Of a DNA stretch of 64,000 nt, positions 43,653 through 53,530 are shown piece after piece. This stretch comes from Terriglobia bacterium (lineage in GTDB: Bacteria; Acidobacteriota; Terriglobia; 2-12-FULL-54-10). A program made the translations under genes and the position numbers. Numbering within the stretch: position 1 is the first letter of the stretch; every line of letters starts with the position of its first letter. A model generated the notes under the pieces. That model did no database searches. It saw nothing but the letters and a program-made list of their open reading frames with translations, and had not been told where the DNA came from. Where the stretch lies: NCBI GenBank assembly GCA_963666975.2, contig CAXVYR010000004.1, forward strand, positions 832,001 through 896,000, given 5' to 3'.

Positions 43653-45065
43653 TTAGAGCAGCGTGCGGACGTCGGCAACGCAGCCCTGCAGGGCCGAGGC
43701 GGCAGCCGTCTGAGGGCTGGCCAAAAAAGTTCGCCCGCCCTTGCCCTGCCGTCCTTCAAAATTGCGGTTGCTGGTCGAGACGCTGTACTGGCCCGGCTCG
43801 AGCTCATCGCCGTTCATAGCGATGCACATGCTGCATCCCGGCTCGCGCCATTCGCAGCCTGCATCGCGGAAGATGTCCGGCAGTCCTTCCTGTTCCGCCT
43901 CGCGTTTCACCTGCTGGGAGCCGGGCACGACCAATACCCGCAGCTTCGGGTTCACCTTGCGTCCTTTCAAGATGCCGGCTGCGGCGCGCAAATCCGAGAT
44001 GCGGGAGTTGGTGCAACTTCCGATGAAAACAACGTCTATCGGATGGCCGAGCAGAGGTTTTCCGGGCTCCAGCGCCATGTATTCGAGAGCGTGCCGAACC
44101 GCGTTCTGGGCGGCGGCGTCCGGCATGGAATCCGGAGAGGGCACCGGCGCCGTGACCGGCAAACCCATCCCTGGGTTCGTTCCGTAGGTAATCATCGGCT
44201 CCAGTTGACCGGCGTCCATCGTGACGGACTGGTCGAACCGCGCGCCGGGATCGGAGGGCAGTTGCTTCCACTGTTTCAGGGCGCTGTCCCATGCAGCCGC
44301 CTTGGGTGCGTAGGGTTTTCCGGCAAGGTACTGGAAAGTCGCCTCGTCCGGAGCAATCATCCCCGCTTTGGCCCCGGCCTCGATTGACATATTGCAAACC
44401 GTCATGCGAGCTTCCATGGAGAGGGCGCGGATGGCGCTGCCGGTGTACTCCAGCACAAAGCCGACTCCTCCGCCCACGCCGATCCGGGCGATCAGCGCCA
44501 GGATGATGTCTTTGGCGGAAACGCCAGGCTGGAGCGTCCCATCGATTCGGACCTCAAACGACCTTGGCTTCCGCTGGAGCAAACACTGCGTGGCTAGCAC
44601 GTGCTGGACCTCCGTGGTCCCGATCCCGAACGCCAGCGCGCCGAACGCGCCGTGCGTGGCGGTGTGGCTGTCGCCGCATACAATCGTCATGCCCGGTTGC
44701 GTGAATCCCAGTTCCGGCCCGATGACGTGAACGATCCCCTGCGTGGGGCTGTCGATTCCGTGCAGCGGAATGCCGAACTCCAGGCAGTTGACTTCAAGCT
44801 GCCGAATCTGGCTGGCCGCCATGGGATCGGCGATGGGAAGCGAGCGGTCGGTGGTGGGAATGCTGTGGTCGACCGTCGCCACGGTCTTAGAGGGCTGCCG
44901 GACCTGGTATCCGAGATCGCGCAATCCCTGGAAGGCTTGCGGCGAAGTGACCTCGTGGACCAGGTGCAGGTCGATGTAGAGCGCCACCGGGCAATCCGGT
45001 TCTTCCACCACTACGTGACGGTTCCAGATTTTTTCAAACAGGGTTTGGGATTTTTCGGCAGCCAT
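43653..45065 (-). CDS. leuC: 3-isopropylmalate dehydratase large subunit
   Basis: [36 protein letters not shown]. Confidence 0.97.
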   Translation of the reverse strand: MAAEKSQTLFEKIWNRHVVVEEPDCPVALYIDLHLVHEVTSPQAFQGLRDLGYQVRQPSKTVATVDHSIPTTDRSLPIADPMAASQIRQLEVNCLEFGIPLHGIDSPTQGIVHVIGPELGFTQPGMTIVCGDSHTATHGAFGALAFGIGTTEVQHVLATQCLLQRKPRSFEVRIDGTLQPGVSAKDIILALIARIGVGGGVGFVLEYTGSAIRALSMEARMTVCNMSIEAGAKAGMIAPDEATFQYLAGKPYAPKAAAWDSALKQWKQLPSDPGARFDQSVTMDAGQLEPMITYGTNPGMGLPVTAPVPSPDSMPDAAAQNAVRHALEYMALEPGKPLLGHPIDVVFIGSCTNSRISDLRAAAGILKGRKVNPKLRVLVVPGSQQVKREAEQEGLPDIFRDAGCEWREPGCSMCIAMNGDELEPGQYSVSTSNRNFEGRQGKGGRTFLASPQTAAASALQGCVADVRTLL

Positions 45066-45152
45066 GTGTGATCCGGTCCTAGAGATATTGGTTGAAAGCT
45101 GGCATGGGAAGCGTATCAGAATTTAACATCGAATATCTAAGATCATAAATAT

Positions 45153-45201
45153 CTAACATCTGACATCTGCCATCTGACATTTGGCATTTGGCATTTGGCA
45201 T
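45153..45201. repeat. Heptamer tandem array, 7 units
   Basis: ctaacat ctgacat ctgccat ctgacat ttggcat ttggcat ttggcat. Confidence 0.9.
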
Positions 45202-46638
45202 TTATCCAACGGGCGTTTCCTGGGTTCCCGTTTCTGCGGAGGGAAATTTCCCGAGCGACTCCTCAATCCTCTCTTTTTCGTCTGCGCGCAGCTCGTAGAC
45301 AGAGGGCTCGCCTTGCCGGGCGGCGTACAGCTTGCCGTCTTGGAGCGCGAGCAAAACGGTTTCTTCCCGGTTGTCCTCGCCAAAGGTGATCTGCACCCTC
45401 AGCCAGGGGTTGTCCAGGCCGTACTGTGCCAGCCTGCCCGGCCTGTCGGTGGTGTATTGCTGGATGCGCATGGCGTGAATGTTGTTTAGGAAGACGTCGA
45501 CCTCTCCGATGTCGGACTGGCCTGCGGCTGCGCTTTCCGCTTCATCTTCATTCGCCCGCAGGACCCAGCGCTCTTCCTGCTTGTCGAAGCGAAAATTCGT
45601 TTCGTCGGTCTGAATTTCCAGTCGCTGGGCGTTGGTGGTCTGGAAGTCAAACAGGTAGCGGTTGCGGTACTCGTCCACGCTGCCGTTCAACTGGTCGTAC
45701 ACGGCTTGGTTAATAGTAAAGACATGCGGCCACACGGAATTCTTGGCGTAGTAGCCTTCGCCGTCCTGATTGTCGCTCCCGACCAGCAGACTGTGAACAC
45801 CGTCCGGCAGGGTCGCTTGCAGGCGAATCTGGGGGCGATGGAGACCGTAGCGGGCCAGCGACCGTGCGTCCTCCTCCTCGATAGACTTCATCAGAGCCCC
45901 GATCAGGCGAGTGAGGAAATAATTGGCGCCGGCGTAGTCGGTCCGCACAGCCGGCTGAGTCAGCTCCCAATTGTTGTTGGTAAGCTTGGTCATCACAATT
46001 TTCCCGGTCTGGTTGTCCATCTCCAGCAGTTGCGCCTGATCCAAGGCGACGGGCAGGGCCCGCTTGTCGCGAAGGTCGAACAGGGTCTTTTCCAGGACAG
46101 AAAAGGCCGGCGAATCCAGCAAGAACAGTCCCGGCGAAGAGCTCAGCATGGCGTATTTGGCATAGCCGCTGGGATTTTCCCCGCCAATCGACACCGTTAC
46201 TGTCTTTCCCTGCTGCAGCTTGATTGTGACAACCCGCTGCGGCTCATCCAAACCATAATCGACGAGCGACGGAGGCGTTTGCTCCATTATGGGCGTGTAC
46301 TCAAGGCCGGGGAGCGACTCGACAAAGGATTGAATCAGCATGCTGTCGGCCGCCACTCCCTCTGGATCAACAAACTCCCACTGCAGATCATCTACCGTCG
46401 GCGCTCCCTCGGAGCCTGCTTCTGGTCTTTCCCCGTCCGGCAGGCGGCGGGAAGTCAGCGTGGGTTCGTTCGGCATCTCAATCGAAATTTCCTCTACCTG
46501 TTCGGCCTGGAAGGAGAAAAGTTTCTCCTTGGGAATCGCGTCCGAGGCGTTCTCCGGCGGATTCTTGTCCAGATAATAGAGCACTCCCCCCAGCACAAGG
46601 AGAATTCCCAAGGCAATGAATGTATGCAGAATTTTCAT
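45202..46638 (-). CDS. DUF4340 domain protein
   Basis: N-terminal TM; repeated YGLDEP/YGLHRP/YGLDNP; typical partner of GldG ABC systems. Confidence 0.85.
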   Translation of the reverse strand: MKILHTFIALGILLVLGGVLYYLDKNPPENASDAIPKEKLFSFQAEQVEEISIEMPNEPTLTSRRLPDGERPEAGSEGAPTVDDLQWEFVDPEGVAADSMLIQSFVESLPGLEYTPIMEQTPPSLVDYGLDEPQRVVTIKLQQGKTVTVSIGGENPSGYAKYAMLSSSPGLFLLDSPAFSVLEKTLFDLRDKRALPVALDQAQLLEMDNQTGKIVMTKLTNNNWELTQPAVRTDYAGANYFLTRLIGALMKSIEEEDARSLARYGLHRPQIRLQATLPDGVHSLLVGSDNQDGEGYYAKNSVWPHVFTINQAVYDQLNGSVDEYRNRYLFDFQTTNAQRLEIQTDETNFRFDKQEERWVLRANEDEAESAAAGQSDIGEVDVFLNNIHAMRIQQYTTDRPGRLAQYGLDNPWLRVQITFGEDNREETVLLALQDGKLYAARQGEPSVYELRADEKERIEESLGKFPSAETGTQETPVG

Positions 46639-46777
46639 AGCCGTTGTCGCTTACTCAGCCACTCAGCCAAAAGCAGCTTTCGCTCACGCCGTCAGGGGGC
46701 GGTGGCCCTGACGCTTTACGAAGCAGTTTTGGCGGCAAGGGATATATGGCCGATGGATGAAAGCTGAGAGCCATGCT

Positions 46778-48205
46778 TTACCCGCGTCTTTTCCACCACA
46801 CTCCGAAACCGCCGAGGACGATTCCCAGCGGAACGGCAACCATACAAAGTAAAACGAAATCCATTTGGGACGGCGAGAGTTCCACGCGCCGGTCCTCGGG
46901 GTCGCGGGGGCGGATCGAGATCAGGTCTTCGTCGGAAGCGAGCCAACTGATCGTGTTCAGGAACAGATCGCGGTTGCCGTTAAACCCGAAGATGGAATTG
47001 GCCGCCATCTCCGTGCTCCCGGCAACCACCAAGCGGCCTTCCTCGCCATTTTCCGAATCGAGTGATTTGTACGTTCCTGCCCCCATCAGCGCCAGCGGCC
47101 CTTCCATGTCCACTCCTTCGCGGAAGCTCACCTCCGAAGCCCTCACCTGGGTGGTAGCCCAGCTGTCTGCCGTGGTTCGCGCGATCAGTTGGAACTGCGC
47201 TCCCGGCATGGCGTCGCTGGAGGATTGCACTGCGCAGGCGAAAGGGAACAGCGTGGCGACATTGCTGAGGTCCTTGGTGATCGGATGATCTTCATATTGC
47301 ATCACCAGGGGCATGAGTTCATCGGTTCCGAACAGGCGTCCGATGCCGCTGGTGTCCACTACCAAAGTGTTTTGTACGTCCGCGCCGAACTCTGCGAGCA
47401 GTCCGGTCAGGCTGGGCGGCGTGTGCGGATTGACCAGAAAGAAGGCCCGCCCGCCCCCTTGAATGTATTCGCGGATGGCGTCGATCTCCGGGCCGAGCAG
47501 GTCATTCTGCGGTCCCGCCACCACCAGCACGCTGGCATCCTCCGGAACCTGCGGAGACTCCTCCAGCAAAGAAACCGTCTGGACCTGATAGTTGCTCTCC
47601 TCCAGCGCCGCCTTCGCTTCGCTCAGGCCCAGCCGCTCGCTCGATTCCAGGTCCCGCTCTCCGTGGCCTTCCAGAAAATAAATCAACTTGGACTCGCCTT
47701 TGAGCAGGCGAATCAGGGTATTGGTGATATCCCCTTCTTCGACTCCATTCGCCTGTTCGTTGCGCTCGCCCGCGGAGACGATCACCGTCCCGTAGGTTTT
47801 CACATTGTACTGGTTGGCTTTGGCGGGTTCCTGGTCCGGGTCCACATAGCTGACTTGGACGCGCCGGGAGAGGACCGAAAACTGCTCCAGCAGATCGCGC
47901 ATATTGCCGAAGTTGGCCCTGCGGTCGAAGTAGAGCAACTCGACATCGCGATCCAAGCCGGACAAAATGTTCGCAGTCTGCTGCGACAAGCTGTAGCGCT
48001 GGTTGGCGGTCAAATCGATTTGCCGGACAAATTGTTTGGCGATCAGGTTGACGGCCACCACAATGGCCAGCGCCACCAGGGTATAGATCAGCGTATTCAA
48101 GCCGAACTTCGCTTGCCGGCTGGTGAGATGGCTCTTCAGTCCCTTGGGCATCTCGTCTTTTCCCATCTCCTTTTTTCCCGCCTCATTTTCCATCTCATTT
48201 TCCAC
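46778..48205 (-). CDS. GldG-like ABC auxiliary component
   Basis: IDLTANQRYSLS, GHGE, VVAGP, NRDLFLN; two TM anchors. Confidence 0.9.
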   Translation of the reverse strand: MENEMENEAGKKEMGKDEMPKGLKSHLTSRQAKFGLNTLIYTLVALAIVVAVNLIAKQFVRQIDLTANQRYSLSQQTANILSGLDRDVELLYFDRRANFGNMRDLLEQFSVLSRRVQVSYVDPDQEPAKANQYNVKTYGTVIVSAGERNEQANGVEEGDITNTLIRLLKGESKLIYFLEGHGERDLESSERLGLSEAKAALEESNYQVQTVSLLEESPQVPEDASVLVVAGPQNDLLGPEIDAIREYIQGGGRAFFLVNPHTPPSLTGLLAEFGADVQNTLVVDTSGIGRLFGTDELMPLVMQYEDHPITKDLSNVATLFPFACAVQSSSDAMPGAQFQLIARTTADSWATTQVRASEVSFREGVDMEGPLALMGAGTYKSLDSENGEEGRLVVAGSTEMAANSIFGFNGNRDLFLNTISWLASDEDLISIRPRDPEDRRVELSPSQMDFVLLCMVAVPLGIVLGGFGVWWKRRG

Positions 48206-48206
48206 C

Positions 48207-48989
48207 TTAGGCCCTCCAACGAACGGACTCCACCGAACGGGCCGTCAAAAACAGGCTCAGCCCGATGACGGAAAGGTAGTAAACCGTGTCGCGCAGATCG
48301 ATGACTCCTTTGGAAAAGTTATCCATGTGGGACCTCAGTGAAATATAGTTTGCAATTTGACCCACCGTGCTAGAGGAGTAATCGCTGATCCCACCAATCA
48401 CCCACAGCAACAGTAAAAGGAAGAAGCCCAGGCTGCCTGCGATCACTTGGTTGCGGGTTAAGGTCGAAAGCATCATGCCGATGGCTAAAAAGCAGCCCCC
48501 AATCAGCAACAGTCCCAGATACCCCACCAGCAGGGGTTTCCAGTCCGGGTTGCCGTAACGGAACAGGATCAGCATGTAAAAAAAGGACAGCCCCAACAGC
48601 GAGATATACAGCAGAGAAGCCCCCAGAAATTTGCCCAGGATCATTTCGAGATCGGTGAGCGGCGAGGTCATCAGCAGCTCGATGGTGCCCGTCTTTTTTT
48701 CCTCGGCGAACAGGCGCATGGTGATCATGGGAACCAGGAAAAGGCAGATCACAGCGATCGAATAGATGAGGCCCCGGATCACCATATCATTCACGTTCAG
48801 AGGAGGCATCATCTGGCCGTACATCTGAGCGTACTGGGCCGCCGTAAAACTCTGCATCACAAACCGGGAGAGGCTGTCGTAAAAAAAGAACCCGAAAGCG
48901 CCGGCAAACATCGCCATCACAAAATAGCCGACCGGCGAGCGGAAATAGAAGTTCAGCTCCCTGCGGGCAATGGTCCAAATGTTCCTCAT
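48207..48989 (-). CDS. ABC-2 permease (GldF-like)
   Basis: MRNIWTIARREL...SP, MRLFAEEKKTGTIELL. Confidence 0.92.
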   Translation of the reverse strand: MRNIWTIARRELNFYFRSPVGYFVMAMFAGAFGFFFYDSLSRFVMQSFTAAQYAQMYGQMMPPLNVNDMVIRGLIYSIAVICLFLVPMITMRLFAEEKKTGTIELLMTSPLTDLEMILGKFLGASLLYISLLGLSFFYMLILFRYGNPDWKPLLVGYLGLLLIGGCFLAIGMMLSTLTRNQVIAGSLGFFLLLLLWVIGGISDYSSSTVGQIANYISLRSHMDNFSKGVIDLRDTVYYLSVIGLSLFLTARSVESVRWRA

Positions 48990-49966
48990 GACGCGGCTGT
49001 CTCCTCGGAATCCCCGCCGGCGCTGTCGTCCGCCGATTCGGTTGTAGTCAGCTTCAAGAAAATCTCTTCCAGGCTCAAGCCCACGCGCCGCAACTCGAGC
49101 AGCCCCCATCCGGATTCGACCACAGCCCGGGCCAGTTCCTTCCGAACGTCCTGGCCTTTCGCCGTCTGTACGGCGAAGGCCGCGCGGCCGTTGCCGGCCT
49201 GGGAGGGAGAGACCCGGCTGACTCCCGTTACACGGGACAGGCGCTCTCGCACTTCCGCTTCCGGCCCTTCCACAACCAGGTTCATCGTCTCGTACCCTTG
49301 CAGCCGCGCCGTCAGGTTTTCCGGCGTATCCTCGGCCACGAGTTTCCCGGCGTTGATAATCATCACCCGTCCGCAGGTATTGGCCGCTTCGGGCAGGATA
49401 TGGGTGCTGAGAATAATAGTGTGCTCGCCGGCCAGGCTCGTAATCAGCTTGCGGGTTTCAATAATCTGCTTGGGATCGAGGCCCGCCGTCGGCTCGTCCA
49501 GCACCAGGACCTCCGGGTTATGGATCAGCGCCGCCGCCAACCCGACCCTCTGGCGGTAGCCTTTGGAGAGCTGGCCGACGAGTTTCCGGGAGACATCTGA
49601 AACAGCAGTTTTTTCCGAGACCTCGGCGATGCGCTGCTTCAACTCGCGGCCGGGCACGCCCTTGATCCGGCCCGCGAAGGCAAGCATCTCCGTCACCCGC
49701 ATGTCCGTGTAAAGAGGCGGTGTTTCCGGCAGATACCCGATGCGGCTCTTCACCTGGAGCGGCTCCTCGATCACGTCGTATCCCGCCACCGTCACTTTGC
49801 CGAGCGTGGGAGGGAGAAAGCCGGTCAGCACCCGCATGGTGGTGGTTTTTCCGGCGCCGTTGGGGCCGAGGAATCCCAGGATTTCCCCTTTCTTTACAGA
49901 GAAGTTGACATCCTGAACGGCTACGGTCCGTCCGTATCGTTTGGTCAATCCCTGAACTTCTATCAC
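48986..49966 (-). CDS. ABC transporter ATPase (GldA-like)
   Basis: GPNGAGKTT, LSKGYRQR, LDEPT; GTG start after GGAGG. Confidence 0.94.
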   Translation of the reverse strand: MIEVQGLTKRYGRTVAVQDVNFSVKKGEILGFLGPNGAGKTTTMRVLTGFLPPTLGKVTVAGYDVIEEPLQVKSRIGYLPETPPLYTDMRVTEMLAFAGRIKGVPGRELKQRIAEVSEKTAVSDVSRKLVGQLSKGYRQRVGLAAALIHNPEVLVLDEPTAGLDPKQIIETRKLITSLAGEHTIILSTHILPEAANTCGRVMIINAGKLVAEDTPENLTARLQGYETMNLVVEGPEAEVRERLSRVTGVSRVSPSQAGNGRAAFAVQTAKGQDVRKELARAVVESGWGLLELRRVGLSLEEIFLKLTTTESADDSAGGDSEETAAS

Positions 49967-50406
49967 CGAACCCTCCATGCAAAGATCGAAGATCAAAGAC
50001 CAGCTATGCTTTTCCTGTAGGAGTAGCGTTGCCGCCTTCTCCTTGATTCAGGATCAGCGATTCAGGATCAGCCCGCCGTTTTTAGAGTAGCGCTCTGCTC
50101 CGCTTGCGGCTGGGAGTTTGGCCCCTTTGATTTAAGTGGTATTTGGGCAGCGGCTAGCATATCAAATTATAGGGCCGTTTTCCAAGATTCGGCCAGACTG
50201 CACGGGCCCGCCGCACTCCCAAGTTGCCGATGAGAACAATACGCCATAGCATGGTTGTGCAAGTCATTCAATGAGCTTCCAGGCAACTTCGGTCTTGTCG
50301 TGTCCTGCAAACGGGAATGTTCTGGTAATCTTGTCAGCTTGACGGGTGTGGGAACTGGCTTTTCCGCAGGAATAGGGATGCCGGATTCCTAAAAGGAGTT
50401 GGAACC

Positions 50407-51453
50407 ATGCGTAAAACCGTTGGCATCTTGACCGGCGGCGGAGATTGTCCCGGGTTGAATGCGGTGATCCGGGCCGTCGTGCGGCGAGTGCAACCTCTCG
50501 GCTATGCGACTACCGGCATTATGGAGGGCTGGAGAGGCCTGCTCGAAAACAAGATGGAACGGCTGGACCTGGATCGCGTTTCGGGAATCGTTTACCGGGG
50601 CGGCACCATCCTGCGCACTTCCCGGACGAACCCGGTGAAACGCCCCGACGGGATCAACACCATCAAGGACAATCTGCAGAAGAACGCGATTGACGCGCTC
50701 GTTGCCATTGGCGGCGATGACACCATGGGCGTGGCCGACCGCCTGTTCCAGGACGGCGTTGCGGTGGTGGGCGTTCCCAAAACCATCGACAATGACCTGA
50801 ACGGAACCGACGTTTGCTTCGGTTTCGACACGGCGGTCAACATCGCCACCGAAGCCATCGACCGGCTCCATACCACGGCGGAGGCTCATAACCGCGTCAT
50901 GGTGGTGGAGGTGATGGGACGGGACACGGGCTGGATCGCGGTGGCTTCCGGCATAGCGGGCGGCGCGGACATGATTCTGATCCCGGAGCAGCCGGCGGAC
51001 CTCGATCAGCTCTGCGCGGTGCTGCGGAAACGGCATGGACGGGGCAAGTATTTCAGCATCGTCGTGGTGGCAGAAGGCGTCCAATTGCCCTCCGGGCCGG
51101 AAGGGTCCCAAGAGCCGGTCAAGCAGGGCGCGGTCGTGGACGAGTTCGGCCACGCGCATTTGGGCGGAGTGGGCCAGGCGCTGGCGCGCGTGGTGGAGTC
51201 GCGCACGGGGTTTGAAACCAGGGTGGTGACGCTGGGCCACCTCCAGCGGGGCGGCAACCCCACGGCTTTTGACCGCATCCTGGCCACGCGCTTCGGAGTG
51301 CATGCCGCGAACCTGATCGACCGGCAGGAGTTCGGCAAGATGGTCGCTTTGCGCGGCACCCAGATTGTGGCGATCCCTCTGGCGGAGGCCGTCGCCGAGC
51401 CCCGCCGGGTCGATCCGGAACTCTATGCCACTGCATCGGTCTTTTTCGGCTAG
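50407..51453 (+). CDS. Phosphofructokinase, probably PPi-dependent
   Basis: GGGDCPGLNA, GGDDT, PKTIDND, EVMGR, LGHLQRGG. Confidence 0.93.
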   Translation: MRKTVGILTGGGDCPGLNAVIRAVVRRVQPLGYATTGIMEGWRGLLENKMERLDLDRVSGIVYRGGTILRTSRTNPVKRPDGINTIKDNLQKNAIDALVAIGGDDTMGVADRLFQDGVAVVGVPKTIDNDLNGTDVCFGFDTAVNIATEAIDRLHTTAEAHNRVMVVEVMGRDTGWIAVASGIAGGADMILIPEQPADLDQLCAVLRKRHGRGKYFSIVVVAEGVQLPSGPEGSQEPVKQGAVVDEFGHAHLGGVGQALARVVESRTGFETRVVTLGHLQRGGNPTAFDRILATRFGVHAANLIDRQEFGKMVALRGTQIVAIPLAEAVAEPRRVDPELYATASVFFG

Positions 51454-51639
51454 CGCCGATCCGGCGGAATGCCGGAGGTGGCCAGAGTGGCGTTGAGCAA
51501 GTATAATTTTGTTTCCCGGTCTTCGCATCAGGATCGCACTAGGGCGAGAAGGGATCAGTCTTCCACGGTTTTTTGCATAGAGGCGGATTCCGTTCAGCGA
51601 GCAAGCTGGAACTAAGCAAGGTGGAGCTAAGGTGGAGTT

Positions 51640-51996
51640 GTGGAGAAAAGACTGATCTTCGTCTGCCAGAACGTCGATTGCAGGGTGCGCCAGGCTGCCG
51701 AAGTGATGGAGAAGCTGAAACAAGAAGCTGGCCCTGATGAGTCAATGGAGGTTCGCCCCTATATGTGCTTCGGAGCTTGCCACGAAGGACCGAATGTGGT
51801 CGTCTACCCGGACAAGGTCTGGTACGCAGGCGTGAAGCCGGAGGATACTGCCGAGATCGTTGCTTCCCTTCGGGGAGGCGAGCCGCAGGGCCATCCGGGT
51901 ACGTTGGGGAGGCCGGGTACGTTGGGGAGGTTGGATACGATCGATCCCAACTTGAAAGCGATGATTTTCCAATTGCTCGACGCCGGCCTCTATTGA
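51640..51996 (+). CDS. Thioredoxin-like [2Fe-2S] ferredoxin
   Basis: VCQNVDC...CFGACHEGPNVVVYPD; internal 18-bp duplication (PGTLGR x2). Confidence 0.88.
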   Translation: MEKRLIFVCQNVDCRVRQAAEVMEKLKQEAGPDESMEVRPYMCFGACHEGPNVVVYPDKVWYAGVKPEDTAEIVASLRGGEPQGHPGTLGRPGTLGRLDTIDPNLKAMIFQLLDAGLY

Positions 51997-52066
51997 CGAT
52001 AGCACATGTAACGATACTCCATGTGACGATGCTCCATGTGACTATACTCCATGTAACGACAGCCCC
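51994..52066. repeat. 15-bp tandem repeat, about 5 units
   Basis: tgtaacgatactcca tgtgacgatgctcca tgtgactatactcca tgtaacgacagcccca. Confidence 0.88.
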
Positions 52067-52127
52067 AGGTGAAGCTGTTTCCAAGTTAAGCTATGCCTAA
52101 GTGCTGTTTATAAGTAAAGACGCGCTC

Positions 52128-53396
52128 ATGTCTCAATCCAAAACCATCCTGTTTCCTTCCGGGATTCCAGCCAATCGAGAGAATCTGGCCGAGTACCGCT
52201 GGCGCGGGGGCTACGAAGCCTTGCGGAAGGCGCTCACCCAATCCGATCCCTCTTCCCTCTTGCAGGAAGTGGAGGCCGCGCGGTTGCGCGGGCGGGGCGG
52301 GGCCGGTTTTCCTGCCGCGCAAAAGCTGGCGCTCTGCGCCAAGGCCGAAGGGAAGCAAAAATATGTGGTGGCGAACGGAGGCGAGGACGAGCCAGGCTCT
52401 CAGAAGGATCGCATTCTGTTGGAGCGTGTTCCGCACGCCGTGCTGGAAGGCATGCTGCTTGCCGCCTGCACGGTGGGCGCGTCCCGCGCGTTTTTTTATA
52501 CCAATGAAACCTATCAGCAGGCCCTGCAAAGCATCGAGCAAGCCCTGGCAGAGGCCCAGGCCGAAGGATTGCTTGGGGAACAGGTCTTGGGAACAAAGTT
52601 CGGGGTGATGGTCGAGAGCCGTCCCGCGCCCACGCCATACGTTGCCGGAGAGGACACGGCCGCCTTGGAAGTGCTGGAGGGAAAGGACCCTCTTCCCCGG
52701 CAGAAACCTCCCTACCCGGTGACTGCCGGATTATTCGGCCAGCCTACGGTTGTCAATAACGTCGAGACGCTGGCGAATCTTGCGCCCATCATTTTGAACG
52801 GCGCCCAGTGGTATCGCGGATTCGGGACCGAGGAAAGTTCCGGCACCATGCTCTATTCCATGAACGAAGAATGGGCGCGGCCCGGCGTTTACGAGCTGCC
52901 CTATGGGGCTCGCGAAGGGGAGTTGGTGGAGGAATTGGCCGGTGGGTTGAAGCAGGGCGCGCGGCTGCGCGCTATCTTGCCGGGAGGCCCTTCCAGCGGC
53001 TTTCTGCTTCCGGACCTGGACCGCCCGTTGAGCCCGGAGGCGTTGAAGGCAGCCGGCTCCAACATCGGCTGCGGCGTAATGCGAGGCTACGCGGAAGGGA
53101 CCTGCATGATGGATGCGGCTTTGGAAGTAGCCCGGTTTTTTGAAAAAGAGTGTTGCGGCCAATGTCCGGCCTGCCGCATGGAGACCTCCGCGCTCGCCAC
53201 CCTGATGAGCAAGGTCCACCAAGGCCAGGTGCCGGCGGCTGCGCTCGATCAGATTTCGAAGCTGCTCGATTTCAATAAAGGCAAGGGCAATTGCAGCCTG
53301 GTCAACATGCCGGGCCCGCCTCTGCTCAGCGCCTTGAAACTGTTCCCCGAAGATTTCCAGTCCCACCTGAACGGCGGAAACTGTCCGTCACGGTAA
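52128..53396 (+). CDS. NuoF-like NAD(P)H/FMN-binding flavoprotein with [4Fe-4S]
   Basis: LRGRGGAGFP, EDEPGSQKD, PTVVNNVETL, ECCGQCPACR...C. Confidence 0.9.
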   Translation: MSQSKTILFPSGIPANRENLAEYRWRGGYEALRKALTQSDPSSLLQEVEAARLRGRGGAGFPAAQKLALCAKAEGKQKYVVANGGEDEPGSQKDRILLERVPHAVLEGMLLAACTVGASRAFFYTNETYQQALQSIEQALAEAQAEGLLGEQVLGTKFGVMVESRPAPTPYVAGEDTAALEVLEGKDPLPRQKPPYPVTAGLFGQPTVVNNVETLANLAPIILNGAQWYRGFGTEESSGTMLYSMNEEWARPGVYELPYGAREGELVEELAGGLKQGARLRAILPGGPSSGFLLPDLDRPLSPEALKAAGSNIGCGVMRGYAEGTCMMDAALEVARFFEKECCGQCPACRMETSALATLMSKVHQGQVPAAALDQISKLLDFNKGKGNCSLVNMPGPPLLSALKLFPEDFQSHLNGGNCPSR

Positions 53397-53530
53397 ATTG
53401 GCGGTCCCAATTTGCCGTGGGTTTGTAAATTCAGCAAAAGCCCACGGCGAGGCTTGTCCCGAGCGAAGTCGAGGGATAAACCCTTCGCCGTGGCTCCACT
53501 CCTGACTTCTGTCTTCTGACTCCTGACTTC
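53389..53530. repeat. REP/REPIN-like palindrome cluster followed by CTGACTC-type heptamers
   Basis: CACGGTAAATTGG..CCAATTTGCCGTGGGTTTGTAAAT (53389-53430; second copy at 56298-56339); CCACGGCGA...TCGCCGTGG hairpin with a nested CTTGTCCCGAGCGAAGTCGAGGGA unit. Confidence 0.82.

Noticed and set aside
45066-45201. Leucine attenuator upstream of leuC
   Set aside because: No Leu-rich leader peptide or terminator; the region holds the heptamer array instead
51994-52066. Possible CRISPR array
   Set aside because: Units are 15 bp, contiguous and have no spacers; no cas genes in the window
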